In this document: positions 42,263 through 51,061 of the stretch, one piece after another | Layout: each line of letters begins with the position of its first letter | Numbering within the stretch: the stretch's first letter is position 1 | Origin: Bacteroidales bacterium | GTDB lineage: Bacteria > Bacteroidota > Bacteroidia > Bacteroidales > UBA932 | Direction of reading: 5' to 3' | Assembly: GCA_017616655.1 (NCBI GenBank) | Contig: JAFZXU010000058.1 | Coordinates: forward strand, 9,088-73,087 | DNA length: 64,000 nt | The notes under the pieces: generated by a model | The model's database searches: none | Told to the model about the DNA's origin: nothing | Seen by the model: only the letters and a program-made list of their open reading frames with translations | Position numbers and translations under genes: made by a program

Positions 42263-45202
42263 AGGACCCGTAGCGGGAAGGTCATAGAGAGCCGTGCTGA
42301 TGTCGACATTGCTCGTTGCGCTCACGACATTGGTGGTGATGTTGTTCCTGACCACATAGTCGAACCAGCGGGACATCATAAGGAAGTCGCGCTCGAGGCA
42401 GACATAGCCGTTGTAGGTGGTCAGCACGGGGTCCGATGTACGGGGATAGCCGCAGACATTGGGCCACTCGCCGTTGCTCTTGATATAGTTGAGGCAGCGG
42501 GTGGCGAAGTTCGAAAGGAGGTCGGTCTTTGCCACGGTCTCCTTGAGTCCGTCGCCATACTCGTGCCAGCGTGCAGAAGCTGCATCATAGCTCTTGGGAG
42601 CGGTGACCTTGTCGCTCATCTTGCCGCCGTTCTCGAGGGCCTTGAAGGCGTTGAGGGCGATTTCGTGCATCTGGTACTTGTCATAGGTATTGCCCTTGAC
42701 GGTGATGGTGAAGGAGTCGGGAACGTAGTGTACATTCTCCTTCTTGTAGCTGGTGCCGTTGAAGGTGTATTCCACGTTGCCGGTAGTGGTCTCCCAGACC
42801 TGAGCCGCCCTTGCGAATTCGGTAGCAAATTCCGCAATAGTCGGAGTGTTGTCGACCGGGGCAGCGCCCTGGTTGTAGAGGTCGAAGCTGAACTTCTGGT
42901 TCTTGATGGCGTCATAGACATTCTCGTTGATGTTGTTGTCGAGGATGTACTTGTAAATACGCATCATGACGAGGAGCTCACGCATAGGGGAAATCAATCC
43001 GTCGTAGCCGTCAAGGTTCAAAGTGCTTGAAGAGGTGCCGAACTGCTGGAAGTTGCCGACATTGCCGAGCGGGCTGTTGCTGCCCACTGCGATGAAGGAA
43101 CGGACCACGTGCCATGCGCCCACCTTGATCATGAAGTTGATGTCGACAGTCTCGATCTTCTGGCCGTTGTAGGTGACAAGGTCGGAGTTTGCTCCCTCAT
43201 ACCAGGGATGGCCGCCCCACTTGTTGTTGGAGGAAGGATTAGGTATGGCCGCGGTGTTGAATGCCTTGTTGTTGCCAAGGGTGTAGGCCTTGTTGCGGTC
43301 GGTCATGCCGTCGAGGAATGCCTCGCCTTCGGTGGTGACCAGATTCATCAGACCGCGGATAGCGATTTCCCATGCCTGGTTCGAGGTGATTTCCTGACCG
43401 TTGACATTGAGTTTCCAGGGAGTGTACTGGGGATCGTACTGGTTGCCTGCATGACCCTGGTAAGCACTGCCGATATCGCCGACAGGGATGAAATGTACAT
43501 TCTGCCATGCGGTGCCCTTCTCGATAAGGTGCTCACCTTCAGACTCGACAGTACCTACTGTTGCCTCCCAGACATCGAGGCCCTTTACGAATTCGGTTGC
43601 GAAATCCTTGAGGGTTCCGTTGAGTGCGACGTATGCGCCCTGGTTGACAGCGATCTCAAGGCCATCGGTGATGTTGCCGCCCTTGAGGACCACCTTGCCG
43701 CTGCGCTCGGCGCCGGTATTGGCGTCGGCGGAGATGGCGATGGAAACATCGCCGGCTGCACCGGAAGCGGGATCGACATGGATCCATGCGTCGGATGCGG
43801 TTGCGGTCCAGTTTTTCTTGGCCGAGAAGGTAGCGTTGACAGCAGTTCCGTCGAACTTGAGGTCGACCTTCTTGGTCTTGAGTTCGATGTCGGGCATCTC
43901 CACGCCGTAGAGGTCGGTGTCGAACTTGACATCCTTGACTGCGTCATAGACGTTCTCGGTGATGTCGTTGTCGAGCAGATACTTGTAGAAGCGGGCTGCA
44001 ATCAGCCACATACGCATCGAGCTGACGAAGCCGGATACGCCCTCCTCGACGAAGCCTTCGTCGGGATTGGTGCTGAAGTACTGGTAGTTACCGATCTTGC
44101 CGAGGGCGACCTGGCGGGTAAGGAACCAGGAAGCGCAGCGTGCGATAAGGTACGGGCTGAATTCCGTGAGGTTGATTGCCGGACCGTCGTTGGTGCTCTC
44201 ATACCAGGGATACTGTCCCCAGATGTCCACATCGGTAACTGCGGGGATGGGCTCCTTGAGGGTCTTGCCGTTACCCATCGTATGCTCGAACGGGTTGCGG
44301 TTCTGCTGCATCTTGGCGGAACCTTCTACGGTGATCAGGTCCATGATACCGCGGAGTGCGATACCCCAGGTCTGTGCAGAAGTGTAGGTGGTGCCGTCGA
44401 TGGTGACGGTGAAGTAAGGCTGGTACTTCGCATCGTACTGGTCAACGCCGTCGGCATAAGCGCCGCCAGACCAGGGAATGGGAACGAAGTGTACATCCTT
44501 CCATGCCGAATTGTTGTCGGTGTAGTGCGAACCGTCGGCGGAGACGGTACCCACGGTGTTCTGCCAGATGTCGAGAATCTGGACGAACTGCTGTGCGAAG
44601 CCCTTGAGGGTTGCGGCTGCGGAGAGATACTCGGTGTCCACCTTTGCAGGGAGGGAACCTGCATCCTTGTAAGCCGCCAGTGCACGCAGCACGGTAACGG
44701 TGAGGCGGTTCGTGGAGAACGCCAGGGCGTCGTCATTGCCCCTGGTTACGAGAGTCTGGTTGGGGACCTGGCCCTTCGCCTTCATGGCGTCGAGGAACTT
44801 CTGTGCGAGGTTTACGAGATCCTCGGTACCCTCCTTGATCGCAGGGCCGCCCTTCATGGCGATTTCAGCTTTGTCGTAGCTGTCACGTTCCGGGTGGTCT
44901 GCAGCCTTGTAGCCGTAGACCTTGATGTCAGACTTGTCGCCGGCAGCAATGCCGGTGAGCAGCTTTGCGATGGCATACTGGTACTGGGGAAGGGTGAGGT
45001 TGTTCGAACCTACCTGAAGGGTTTCAGGGATGGTCGTATTCTCCTCCCAGGCTGCAAATGCCGCAGCTGCCGCATCGAGCAGGTCAGCCTGCTTGACTGT
45101 TGCGACTACTTTTACGTCGCCTTCCTCTTCCGGATCCACGCAGGAGTTGAAGAGGGACAATGCCGCTACTGCGACAGTCATTAACAGAAAGAATTTCTTC
45201 AT
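40748..45202 (-). CDS. 1484-aa modular surface lipoprotein: N-terminal PMBR-like domain, five ~190-255-aa repeat modules, one BACON domain
   Basis: Lipobox LSLFNSC. Modules at about aa 198-435, 530-777, 788-975, 981-1235 and 1236-1484, each starting (T/S)LKDFA.EFV..LDVW..TVG. BACON-like segment at aa ~446-525. No catalytic motif recognised. Confidence 0.8.
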   Translation of the reverse strand: MKKFFLLMTVAVAALSLFNSCVDPEEEGDVKVVATVKQADLLDAAAAAFAAWEENTTIPETLQVGSNNLTLPQYQYAIAKLLTGIAAGDKSDIKVYGYKAADHPERDSYDKAEIAMKGGPAIKEGTEDLVNLAQKFLDAMKAKGQVPNQTLVTRGNDDALAFSTNRLTVTVLRALAAYKDAGSLPAKVDTEYLSAAATLKGFAQQFVQILDIWQNTVGTVSADGSHYTDNNSAWKDVHFVPIPWSGGAYADGVDQYDAKYQPYFTVTIDGTTYTSAQTWGIALRGIMDLITVEGSAKMQQNRNPFEHTMGNGKTLKEPIPAVTDVDIWGQYPWYESTNDGPAINLTEFSPYLIARCASWFLTRQVALGKIGNYQYFSTNPDEGFVEEGVSGFVSSMRMWLIAARFYKYLLDNDITENVYDAVKDVKFDTDLYGVEMPDIELKTKKVDLKFDGTAVNATFSAKKNWTATASDAWIHVDPASGAAGDVSIAISADANTGAERSGKVVLKGGNITDGLEIAVNQGAYVALNGTLKDFATEFVKGLDVWEATVGTVESEGEHLIEKGTAWQNVHFIPVGDIGSAYQGHAGNQYDPQYTPWKLNVNGQEITSNQAWEIAIRGLMNLVTTEGEAFLDGMTDRNKAYTLGNNKAFNTAAIPNPSSNNKWGGHPWYEGANSDLVTYNGQKIETVDINFMIKVGAWHVVRSFIAVGSNSPLGNVGNFQQFGTSSSTLNLDGYDGLISPMRELLVMMRIYKYILDNNINENVYDAIKNQKFSFDLYNQGAAPVDNTPTIAEFATEFARAAQVWETTTGNVEYTFNGTSYKKENVHYVPDSFTITVKGNTYDKYQMHEIALNAFKALENGGKMSDKVTAPKSYDAASARWHEYGDGLKETVAKTDLLSNFATRCLNYIKSNGEWPNVCGYPRTSDPVLTTYNGYVCLERDFLMMSRWFDYVVRNNITTNVVSATSNVDISTALYDLPATGPSLKDFAKEFVKGLDVWKNTVGNVDADGERNSQSVKGGWTNVHYIPIGNTNNSDFKDYGNNQYDDGKTPWTLTIDGKQYTSSQAWEIAIRGLLNMVTEEGEEFLNGMTDRNKAYTLKDNKGLGSAMPSASAANKWGKNPWYEFDDLVKKDGQAISTVDVNFMVKVGAWHVVRSFVAVGSNSPLGMIGNFQQFGTTSGTLNLTGYEGLISPMRELMVLMRIYKYLLDNNIEENVYTAIKDQQFNFFLYGENGDVSAPSLKDFATEFVKGLDVWQNTVGNIDADGERNSKSAKGGWTNVHYIPIGNTNNSDFKDYGNNQYDDGKTPWTLDIKGTTYTSSQAWEIAIRGLLNMVTEEGEEFLNGMTDRNKAYTLKDNKAMSSAMPSPSAANKWGKNPWYEFDDLVKKDGQAISTVDVNFMVKVGAWHVVRSFVAVGSNSPLGMVGNFQQFGTTSGTLNLTGYEGLISPMRELMVLMRIYKYILDNNVNENVYTAIKDQQFSFDLYGIN
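43628..43867 (-). other. BACON-like domain within the giant lipoprotein
   Basis: VDLKFDGTAVNATFSAKKNWTATASDAWIHVDPASGAAGDVSIAISADANTGAERSGKVVLKGGN fits the W..-..WI...P..G.....I.....N....R pattern of BACON domains. Confidence 0.55.
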
Positions 45203-45243
45203 TGCAGTTGTTGTTAAAAATTAAATGGTTGTGTATCTGTGAG

Positions 45244-46587
45244 TTATTTCAAATCGTTCACATCGGGGAATTTTCCGAGGCCGCAGCGGAAAAGCACGAG
45301 GCCGTCGGCCTTTGAGTCCATGAAGACGTCGATGTCCTTCCTGAGCTGCTCGGCCGTCATCCCCTTGACGCCGCCGGAATCGTTGCCCGTATAGGTCGTG
45401 ATGCCGGCCCATACCTGGGCGCCGCCGGAGTTGTCGCAGAACCAGTTGACGATCGACTTGCAGCCGGAATCCGACCAGTTATAGGAGTAACGGTAGCACA
45501 TCGGCATCAGGACGTGGATGTATTTTCCCATCAGGACGGGACTCTGTCCGTAATATTCCGTGGAATTGCGCTCCGGCATCAGGGCGGCGCTTGTCACCAA
45601 CCCTTCGTCGAAACTGTCGGCAATCTCACGGATCTCCTGGCAGCATCGGTTTACGGCGCCGACAGCGTTGACCGTAGCCGAAGGGTTGTGCTTGTAGGCG
45701 GTGCCGCCGAAGCGGATATAATCCAGATGCAGCCCCTTCACGCCGAACTCCTCGAGATAGGTCTTCGCGTGTTTGCGGATATCTGCGAATACCTCCTCCT
45801 TATAGCAGGCCCTGGCATCGTCCACCGGATTGATCCAGTCGCCTTTGTAGAAACACTGCATCCAGCAGTGTACCGCAAGACCCAGTTCCTCGCATTTCTC
45901 GATGAAAGGAACCGTATTCTTTATATTATAGGACTCGAATGCCGCGTAGTTCAGGAGGATATGGTGATATCCGAGACGCTTGAACTCCTTCAGCTGCGCA
46001 GCATCGTTTTCCATCAGTCCAGAAATGTGGGAACTCCAGGTCCAGATGGCGGTATGGGGAGTCGCATCTATATCGAAGACCTCGTTGACTCTGCCCTTGC
46101 TGGGATAGGTCAGCCTGCGCCAGGCTCCGAGGCCGTCGGGAATCCTCTGGTAACTTCCCCTGCGGGTAAGGGTGTCGGGGAAATCCTTCGAGCGGTCGAA
46201 GATGTCCACCGTCGCCGTTCCGATTCCAAGGCGCAGTTCGAACTGCGAGTCGGAGGCGATGCCGGTGGCGAGGGATTCGTCCTCCGTGGAAGCCACTATC
46301 CTTTCACCGGAAGCTAATTTTGCACCCTGTGGCGCGCTCCAGACGCACTTGCCGTCAAAATACTGGTCGGTCAGGTAGAGTCCTACGCCATTCAATGCAA
46401 TCTCGGCGGAGGACGTATTCGTTATCTCCACCCAGCTTACGGCGTCGGACTTCTCATCGTGGGCGGAAATCTCATTGATGACAAGCCCTTTGAGATGGTC
46501 CACGGAAGGTTCCTTCCCGCAGGTGGCAGCCATGAGCATCACGCAGGCGGAAAACAGCGCATAAGCGATATGTCTCCTTATTCTCAT
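45244..46587 (-). CDS. lipoprotein: lamin-tail-domain (LTD)-like N-terminus plus GHL10/DUF187-like TIM barrel
   Basis: Lipobox LMAATC. LVINEISAHDEKSDAVSWVEITNTSSAEIALNGVGLYLTD (LTD-like). VKGLHLDYIRFGGTAYKHNP... is colinear with 38703..39614. Confidence 0.6.
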   Translation of the reverse strand: MRIRRHIAYALFSACVMLMAATCGKEPSVDHLKGLVINEISAHDEKSDAVSWVEITNTSSAEIALNGVGLYLTDQYFDGKCVWSAPQGAKLASGERIVASTEDESLATGIASDSQFELRLGIGTATVDIFDRSKDFPDTLTRRGSYQRIPDGLGAWRRLTYPSKGRVNEVFDIDATPHTAIWTWSSHISGLMENDAAQLKEFKRLGYHHILLNYAAFESYNIKNTVPFIEKCEELGLAVHCWMQCFYKGDWINPVDDARACYKEEVFADIRKHAKTYLEEFGVKGLHLDYIRFGGTAYKHNPSATVNAVGAVNRCCQEIREIADSFDEGLVTSAALMPERNSTEYYGQSPVLMGKYIHVLMPMCYRYSYNWSDSGCKSIVNWFCDNSGGAQVWAGITTYTGNDSGGVKGMTAEQLRKDIDVFMDSKADGLVLFRCGLGKFPDVNDLK

Positions 46588-47429
46588 TTGGACGAATTCT
46601 GGTTAGTGATTCCGTTGTCAAGCAGGTATTGTTCAGCCTTCTTGAGGCCTCCGGTCTTCTTGATGATCTCTTCGCAATACTCGTAGCTCAGGCCGGGATT
46701 GCGCTCGACCATGGTGCGGGTGAGGCGGTCCACAACCTTGTTGTTGATGAGGTTCGCCATCACCATACGGTTGCCCTCCACGCGGCCGAGGCGACACATT
46801 ATCGTTGTGCTGATCATGTCGCAGAGGAGCTTCTGCGAGGTGCCGGATTTCATCCTGGTGCTGCCGGTGATGAATTCGGGGCCGGTGATTATCTCGATGG
46901 GATAATCCACATATTCCGAAATCGGGGAGCCGGGATTGTTGCAGATGCTTCCGCAGGGGATCCCGTTCTCCTTGCAGGCCTTCATGGCAGCCAGGACGTA
47001 AGGGGTGCAGCCGCTGGCGGAGATGCCTACGACTATGTCCTTCGGAGTGATGTAATGCTTGTCGCGGAGGGTTCTCCACCCCTCCTCGATGTCGTCTTCG
47101 GCCTCCTCTAGGTCGAGAACGAGGTTTTCAACCCCTCCTGCAAGCACGGCCTGCCATATCTCGGGATCGACTCCGTAGGTGTTGGGCACCTCGAGGATGT
47201 CGAGGACCGCAAGCTTGCCTCCGGTGCCGCAGCCGAGATAGAACATCCTGCCTCCGGCGCGGATTGTGGCCTCTATGGCCGAAACGAGTTTTTCAATGTC
47301 GGGAAGAACCTTCTCGATTGCAAGGGGCACCTTCTTGTCCTCCTGATTGATGTCGTGCAGGAGCTCGGCCACCGACTTGGTCTCCAGGTGGTCGTAAAGC
47401 GAAGGCTGTTCTGTTAATCTAAGTGACAT
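46584..47429 (-). CDS. murQ: N-acetylmuramic acid 6-phosphate etherase
   Basis: SIS-domain protein colinear with E. coli MurQ as I remember it (DINQEDKKVPLAIEKVLPDI, YLGCGTGGKL, GISASGCTPYV, GSTRMKSGTSQKL). ATGA overlap with the downstream gene. Confidence 0.88.
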   Translation of the reverse strand: MSLRLTEQPSLYDHLETKSVAELLHDINQEDKKVPLAIEKVLPDIEKLVSAIEATIRAGGRMFYLGCGTGGKLAVLDILEVPNTYGVDPEIWQAVLAGGVENLVLDLEEAEDDIEEGWRTLRDKHYITPKDIVVGISASGCTPYVLAAMKACKENGIPCGSICNNPGSPISEYVDYPIEIITGPEFITGSTRMKSGTSQKLLCDMISTTIMCRLGRVEGNRMVMANLINNKVVDRLTRTMVERNPGLSYEYCEEIIKKTGGLKKAEQYLLDNGITNQNSSK

Positions 47430-47434
47430 TTGGG

Positions 47435-49273
47435 TTAGAATTCTTTATATTTTGTCTGCCCTATCTGCTTCCCGTCACGGAAGGCGGCTGCGGTGACCCT
47501 CTGCTGGCGGTTGATGACGAACGGCATCTCGTAGAGCTGCGAGGAGGCCGTAGGCCGGCTGCCGTCGAGGGTGTAGCGGATCTCGGCGTCGGGAGCGTCG
47601 ACCGAGATGGTCACCACCATATCGTGGGGCGTATCTTTATGGAATTCGATGAAAGGGTTGTGGAAGGCGTCGCAATAGCCTACGCCGAGGTTGGAGAGCC
47701 TGCCGAGGTGATGCTCGAGCCTGCGGGTGAAGTTGTCCCAGTCCTTTTCGGGAGCGCTCCAGCCGGCTTCAGCGATGGCGCACATCCTGGGCCATGCCAT
47801 ATATTCCACGCGTGCGGGGGTGGGCATATATTCGGTCCAGACGCATCCCTCCACTCCTATTATATATCGCGCCTCCTCCGGGGTGAGAACCGCCGGAACG
47901 GGCTCGTATTCATACATCGTGCGAAGCGTGGTGGGGCCGTCCATGGCCAGCGGCTCGCTGTCGGGATCGGCCTGCCAGTAATCCAGATAATACTTCGGAT
48001 AGGGGGCCATCACCGCCTCGTGGTGCTGCTGGGCGGCCTTGATGCCTCCCTCTTCCCCGAGCCAGCTCATCACCTTCGCATTCGGTGCGAGACCGCCCTG
48101 GAGGATTTCGTCCCATCCGATAATCTCGTGTCCCTTGGAGTTGATGTACTTCTCCATGCGGGTTATGAACCAGCTCTGGAGCTCGAATTCATCCTTGAGG
48201 CCAAGCTGGCGGATAAGTTTCTGGCAGTGTTCGCACTGCTTCCAGCTCGTCTTGGGGCACTCGTCGCCGCCGATGTGCACCAGCTTGCTCGGGAAGAGTT
48301 CGAAGACCTCGTCCATCACGTCCTCGAGGAACTTGAAGGTCTCCTCCTTGGGGCAGAATACCTGCTTGAATACGCCCCATTTGGTAGCGGTCTCGTAGTG
48401 GTCCTCCAGACCGCAGGAGAGTTCGGGGTAGCATGAGATGGCCGCCAGCGCGTGGCCGGGCATCTCTATCTCCGGAATGATGGTCACATAGCGCTCCGCG
48501 GCATACTTCACGAGGTCGCGCACCTCATCCTGGCTGTAATAGCCGCCGTGAGGGGTGCCGTCATAGACGCCGCTCTTGAGCGAGCCGATGACCGTCTCCT
48601 TGCGCCACTGGCCCTTCTCGGTCAGAAGCGGGTATTTCTTGATTTCGAGGCGCCAGCCCTGGTCTTCGGTGAGATGCCAGTGGAAGCGGTTCACCTTGTG
48701 GAGGGCCATCACGTCGATATATTTCTTCAGGAATTCGATCTCAAAGAAGTGGAGGCAGCAGTCCAGATGCATTCCGCGGTAAGGGAAGCGGGGCGCATCC
48801 TCGATGCTGCAGCAGGGCACCTGCCACTTCACTCCGGATGCCTTTTTGGCAGAGAAGATCTCGGTCGGCAGCAGCTGCAGCAGGGTTTGGAGGCCATAGA
48901 AGGCTCCCGCCCCGTCGCCGTAGTCGATCACTATCCTGCCAGGCTCCACGCGGAGTTCGTAACTCTCCGCGGACAGGCCGGCATCGAGGAAATAGATGCC
49001 TTTTTCGTGGGACGAAAGGTCTGCCTCGCGCACCTCGAGCTCGAATCCTGCGGCGGTGCGCAGCTTCTCATTGAGGAAGCCGGCGATACGCTCAAGTTCT
49101 TCCGAGCCGGCTTCGATGAAGACCGGCGTGGACCTGGTGATGGTGAACGTCCCATCCGCCATCTCGAGATGGTGCGGTTTGGGAATGACGCTCACGGTGC
49201 CCTTCTGCCCGGCCGGAGCCGTACAGGAGAGCACGAATGCCATAGCGGCGATGATGGAAACTATCTTTTTCAT
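47435..49273 (-). CDS. GH20 beta-N-acetylhexosaminidase (lipoprotein) with C-terminal CHB_HEX_C-like domain
   Basis: HWHLTEDQGWRLEIKKYP, IPEIEMPGH, HIGGDECPK. C-terminal IRYTLDGSRP. Confidence 0.9.
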   Translation of the reverse strand: MKKIVSIIAAMAFVLSCTAPAGQKGTVSVIPKPHHLEMADGTFTITRSTPVFIEAGSEELERIAGFLNEKLRTAAGFELEVREADLSSHEKGIYFLDAGLSAESYELRVEPGRIVIDYGDGAGAFYGLQTLLQLLPTEIFSAKKASGVKWQVPCCSIEDAPRFPYRGMHLDCCLHFFEIEFLKKYIDVMALHKVNRFHWHLTEDQGWRLEIKKYPLLTEKGQWRKETVIGSLKSGVYDGTPHGGYYSQDEVRDLVKYAAERYVTIIPEIEMPGHALAAISCYPELSCGLEDHYETATKWGVFKQVFCPKEETFKFLEDVMDEVFELFPSKLVHIGGDECPKTSWKQCEHCQKLIRQLGLKDEFELQSWFITRMEKYINSKGHEIIGWDEILQGGLAPNAKVMSWLGEEGGIKAAQQHHEAVMAPYPKYYLDYWQADPDSEPLAMDGPTTLRTMYEYEPVPAVLTPEEARYIIGVEGCVWTEYMPTPARVEYMAWPRMCAIAEAGWSAPEKDWDNFTRRLEHHLGRLSNLGVGYCDAFHNPFIEFHKDTPHDMVVTISVDAPDAEIRYTLDGSRPTASSQLYEMPFVINRQQRVTAAAFRDGKQIGQTKYKEF

Positions 49274-51060
49274 TTTCCAAACTCCCTTGTCATAAGCACG
49301 CCCAGGGGCTCTCCGTCGGCCGTGAAGCCGCGGGCCTTTATGACATCGCCTTTATCTACTCTCAACAAAGTCGGTGCCACGGGCGAAGAGGCGTCAGGCT
49401 CCGTGCCGTCCGTGGTATAGCGCACGACCGCGCCTGGAACGTCGATCTCGAGTTCCACGTCGCGCGGATACTCCTCTTCGAGGTTCATATTCACGATGAC
49501 ATTGTAGAATGCCCTGCTGTAGTTGATGCCTCGGGCGTCAAGCCGCTCGAACTCCTTAGGAATGCGGGTGCAGAAGTCGGCGAAATCGCGCCTTTCGTCC
49601 CGGCTCCAGCAGAACTCGGCAATTGCGGCAGCGCGCGGGAAGGCCTGATGCTCAAGCTGTTTCGTATCGGGGATAAACTCTCCCCAGACGCAGGATTCCC
49701 AGCCGAGGATCAGATTTCCCTTGGCATTCATCAGCGAGTCGCCTATCTGAGCCACGGGGTCGTAGTTGTAGGCCTTGCGCAGCGTGATGAAGAGGTGGTG
49801 GTTCCTCGGGATATCCTCGATTTCGTTCTGGTGATAGTCGTAGTAGCACCAGCGGTTGGGGCAGAGAATCACCTTCATGTCGCGCTCCATAGCCCTGATT
49901 GCGGGCTTGTGGCCGCGGTACGACATAACTATCGTGCTCTGCACGGCGCTGCCGTCGAGGATTTCATCCCATCCGATAACGGTCCTGCCCCTCTCGCGAA
50001 GGTAGGTGTCGAAATGCTTGACGAAATAGTACTGGAGGTCGTCCACTCCGGAAAGGCCGAGTTCCCCGGCCAGTTTTTTGCAATAGTCGCTGTTCCGCCA
50101 GGCGGTCTTGGGGCATTCGTCCCCGCCGATGTGGATGTAGGGACCGGGGAAGAGTTCCAGCACCTCGTCGAAGACATCCTCGAGGAACGAGATCGTCTCG
50201 GGCGAGGGGCAGAAGACATCCTCCTTGATTCCCCAGGTCGTAGCCACCTTCTTGGGCTCGTCAGGCTTGCACGAAAGGAAGGGATATGCCGCGATGGCGG
50301 CGCTGGCATGGCCGGGGAGTTCGATTTCGGGGATAACGGTGATGAAGCGGCGGCGTGCATACTCCACTATGTCGCGGATTTCGTCCTGGGTGTAGAAACC
50401 GCCGTGGCGGGTTCCGTCGCCCTCGTCGTCATATCCGGCGGTCTCGTCTCGCCAGGCTCCGACTTCGGTCAGGAGGGGATATTTCTTTATCTCTATGCGC
50501 CACCCCTGGTCCTCGGTGAGGTGCCAGTGGAAGCGGTTCTGCTTGTGCATCGCCATCATGTCGAGGAACTCCTTTACGGTCTCGACCGGATAGAAGTAGC
50601 GGCAACAGTCGAGCTGCATACCGCGCCAGGCTACCCTGGGAGCATCTTCGATGAGACAGCTCTGCGCCTCCCACTTCACGCCCTCCACCTTCGTGGCGGA
50701 ATAGGCGGCTCCGGGAAGCAGCTGGCGGAAACTCTGGAGGCCGTAGAAGGCCCCCGCAGGGGTCGAGGCGAAGATTCTCACCCGCCTGTGGCCCACCTCG
50801 AGCCGGTAGCCCTCCTCCGCTATGCTTTCATCCTTCTCGAGGATGACGGCGCGGCAGAAGGGATATCTCCTTGCGGGGATGTCGTACCCGGTGGGAACCG
50901 AGAACTCCTCCCTGAAATCGGCCGCCACCTCGTCGAACCCGGCGCAGTGCGAGACTACAGCCGCGTGAGGGCCGAAGATGAACGAGCCGTCGCGCTCCAC
51001 TACGGAAGCGGGCTGCGGAATGATGGAGACGGAGAGGAGTATGGCAAGCAGAAACTTCAT
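49270..51060 (-). CDS. GH20 beta-N-acetylhexosaminidase (second, diverged copy)
   Basis: HWHLTEDQGWRIEIKKYP, IPEIELPGH, HIGGDECPK. C-terminal VRYTTDGTEP. ATGA overlap with the downstream GH20. Confidence 0.9.
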   Translation of the reverse strand: MKFLLAILLSVSIIPQPASVVERDGSFIFGPHAAVVSHCAGFDEVAADFREEFSVPTGYDIPARRYPFCRAVILEKDESIAEEGYRLEVGHRRVRIFASTPAGAFYGLQSFRQLLPGAAYSATKVEGVKWEAQSCLIEDAPRVAWRGMQLDCCRYFYPVETVKEFLDMMAMHKQNRFHWHLTEDQGWRIEIKKYPLLTEVGAWRDETAGYDDEGDGTRHGGFYTQDEIRDIVEYARRRFITVIPEIELPGHASAAIAAYPFLSCKPDEPKKVATTWGIKEDVFCPSPETISFLEDVFDEVLELFPGPYIHIGGDECPKTAWRNSDYCKKLAGELGLSGVDDLQYYFVKHFDTYLRERGRTVIGWDEILDGSAVQSTIVMSYRGHKPAIRAMERDMKVILCPNRWCYYDYHQNEIEDIPRNHHLFITLRKAYNYDPVAQIGDSLMNAKGNLILGWESCVWGEFIPDTKQLEHQAFPRAAAIAEFCWSRDERRDFADFCTRIPKEFERLDARGINYSRAFYNVIVNMNLEEEYPRDVELEIDVPGAVVRYTTDGTEPDASSPVAPTLLRVDKGDVIKARGFTADGEPLGVLMTREFGK

Positions 51061-51061
51061 C

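Noticed and set aside
43109-45184. 691-aa plus-strand ORF opposite the giant lipoprotein gene, and the 721-aa ORF at 50978..53143 spanning three minus-strand genes.
   Set aside because: They are antisense to coding sequence with clear signal peptides and domain structure. The 721-aa ORF crosses three gene boundaries, which a real gene would not do. The composition is again shadow-like.
40748-45202. The giant repeat protein as a T9SS-secreted adhesin or a polymorphic toxin.
   Set aside because: It has a lipoprotein signal (NSC lipobox) rather than an SPI signal, and the C-terminus (…FSFDLYGIN) is simply the end of a repeat module with no T9SS CTD. I saw no toxin or Rhs/YD-type motifs.
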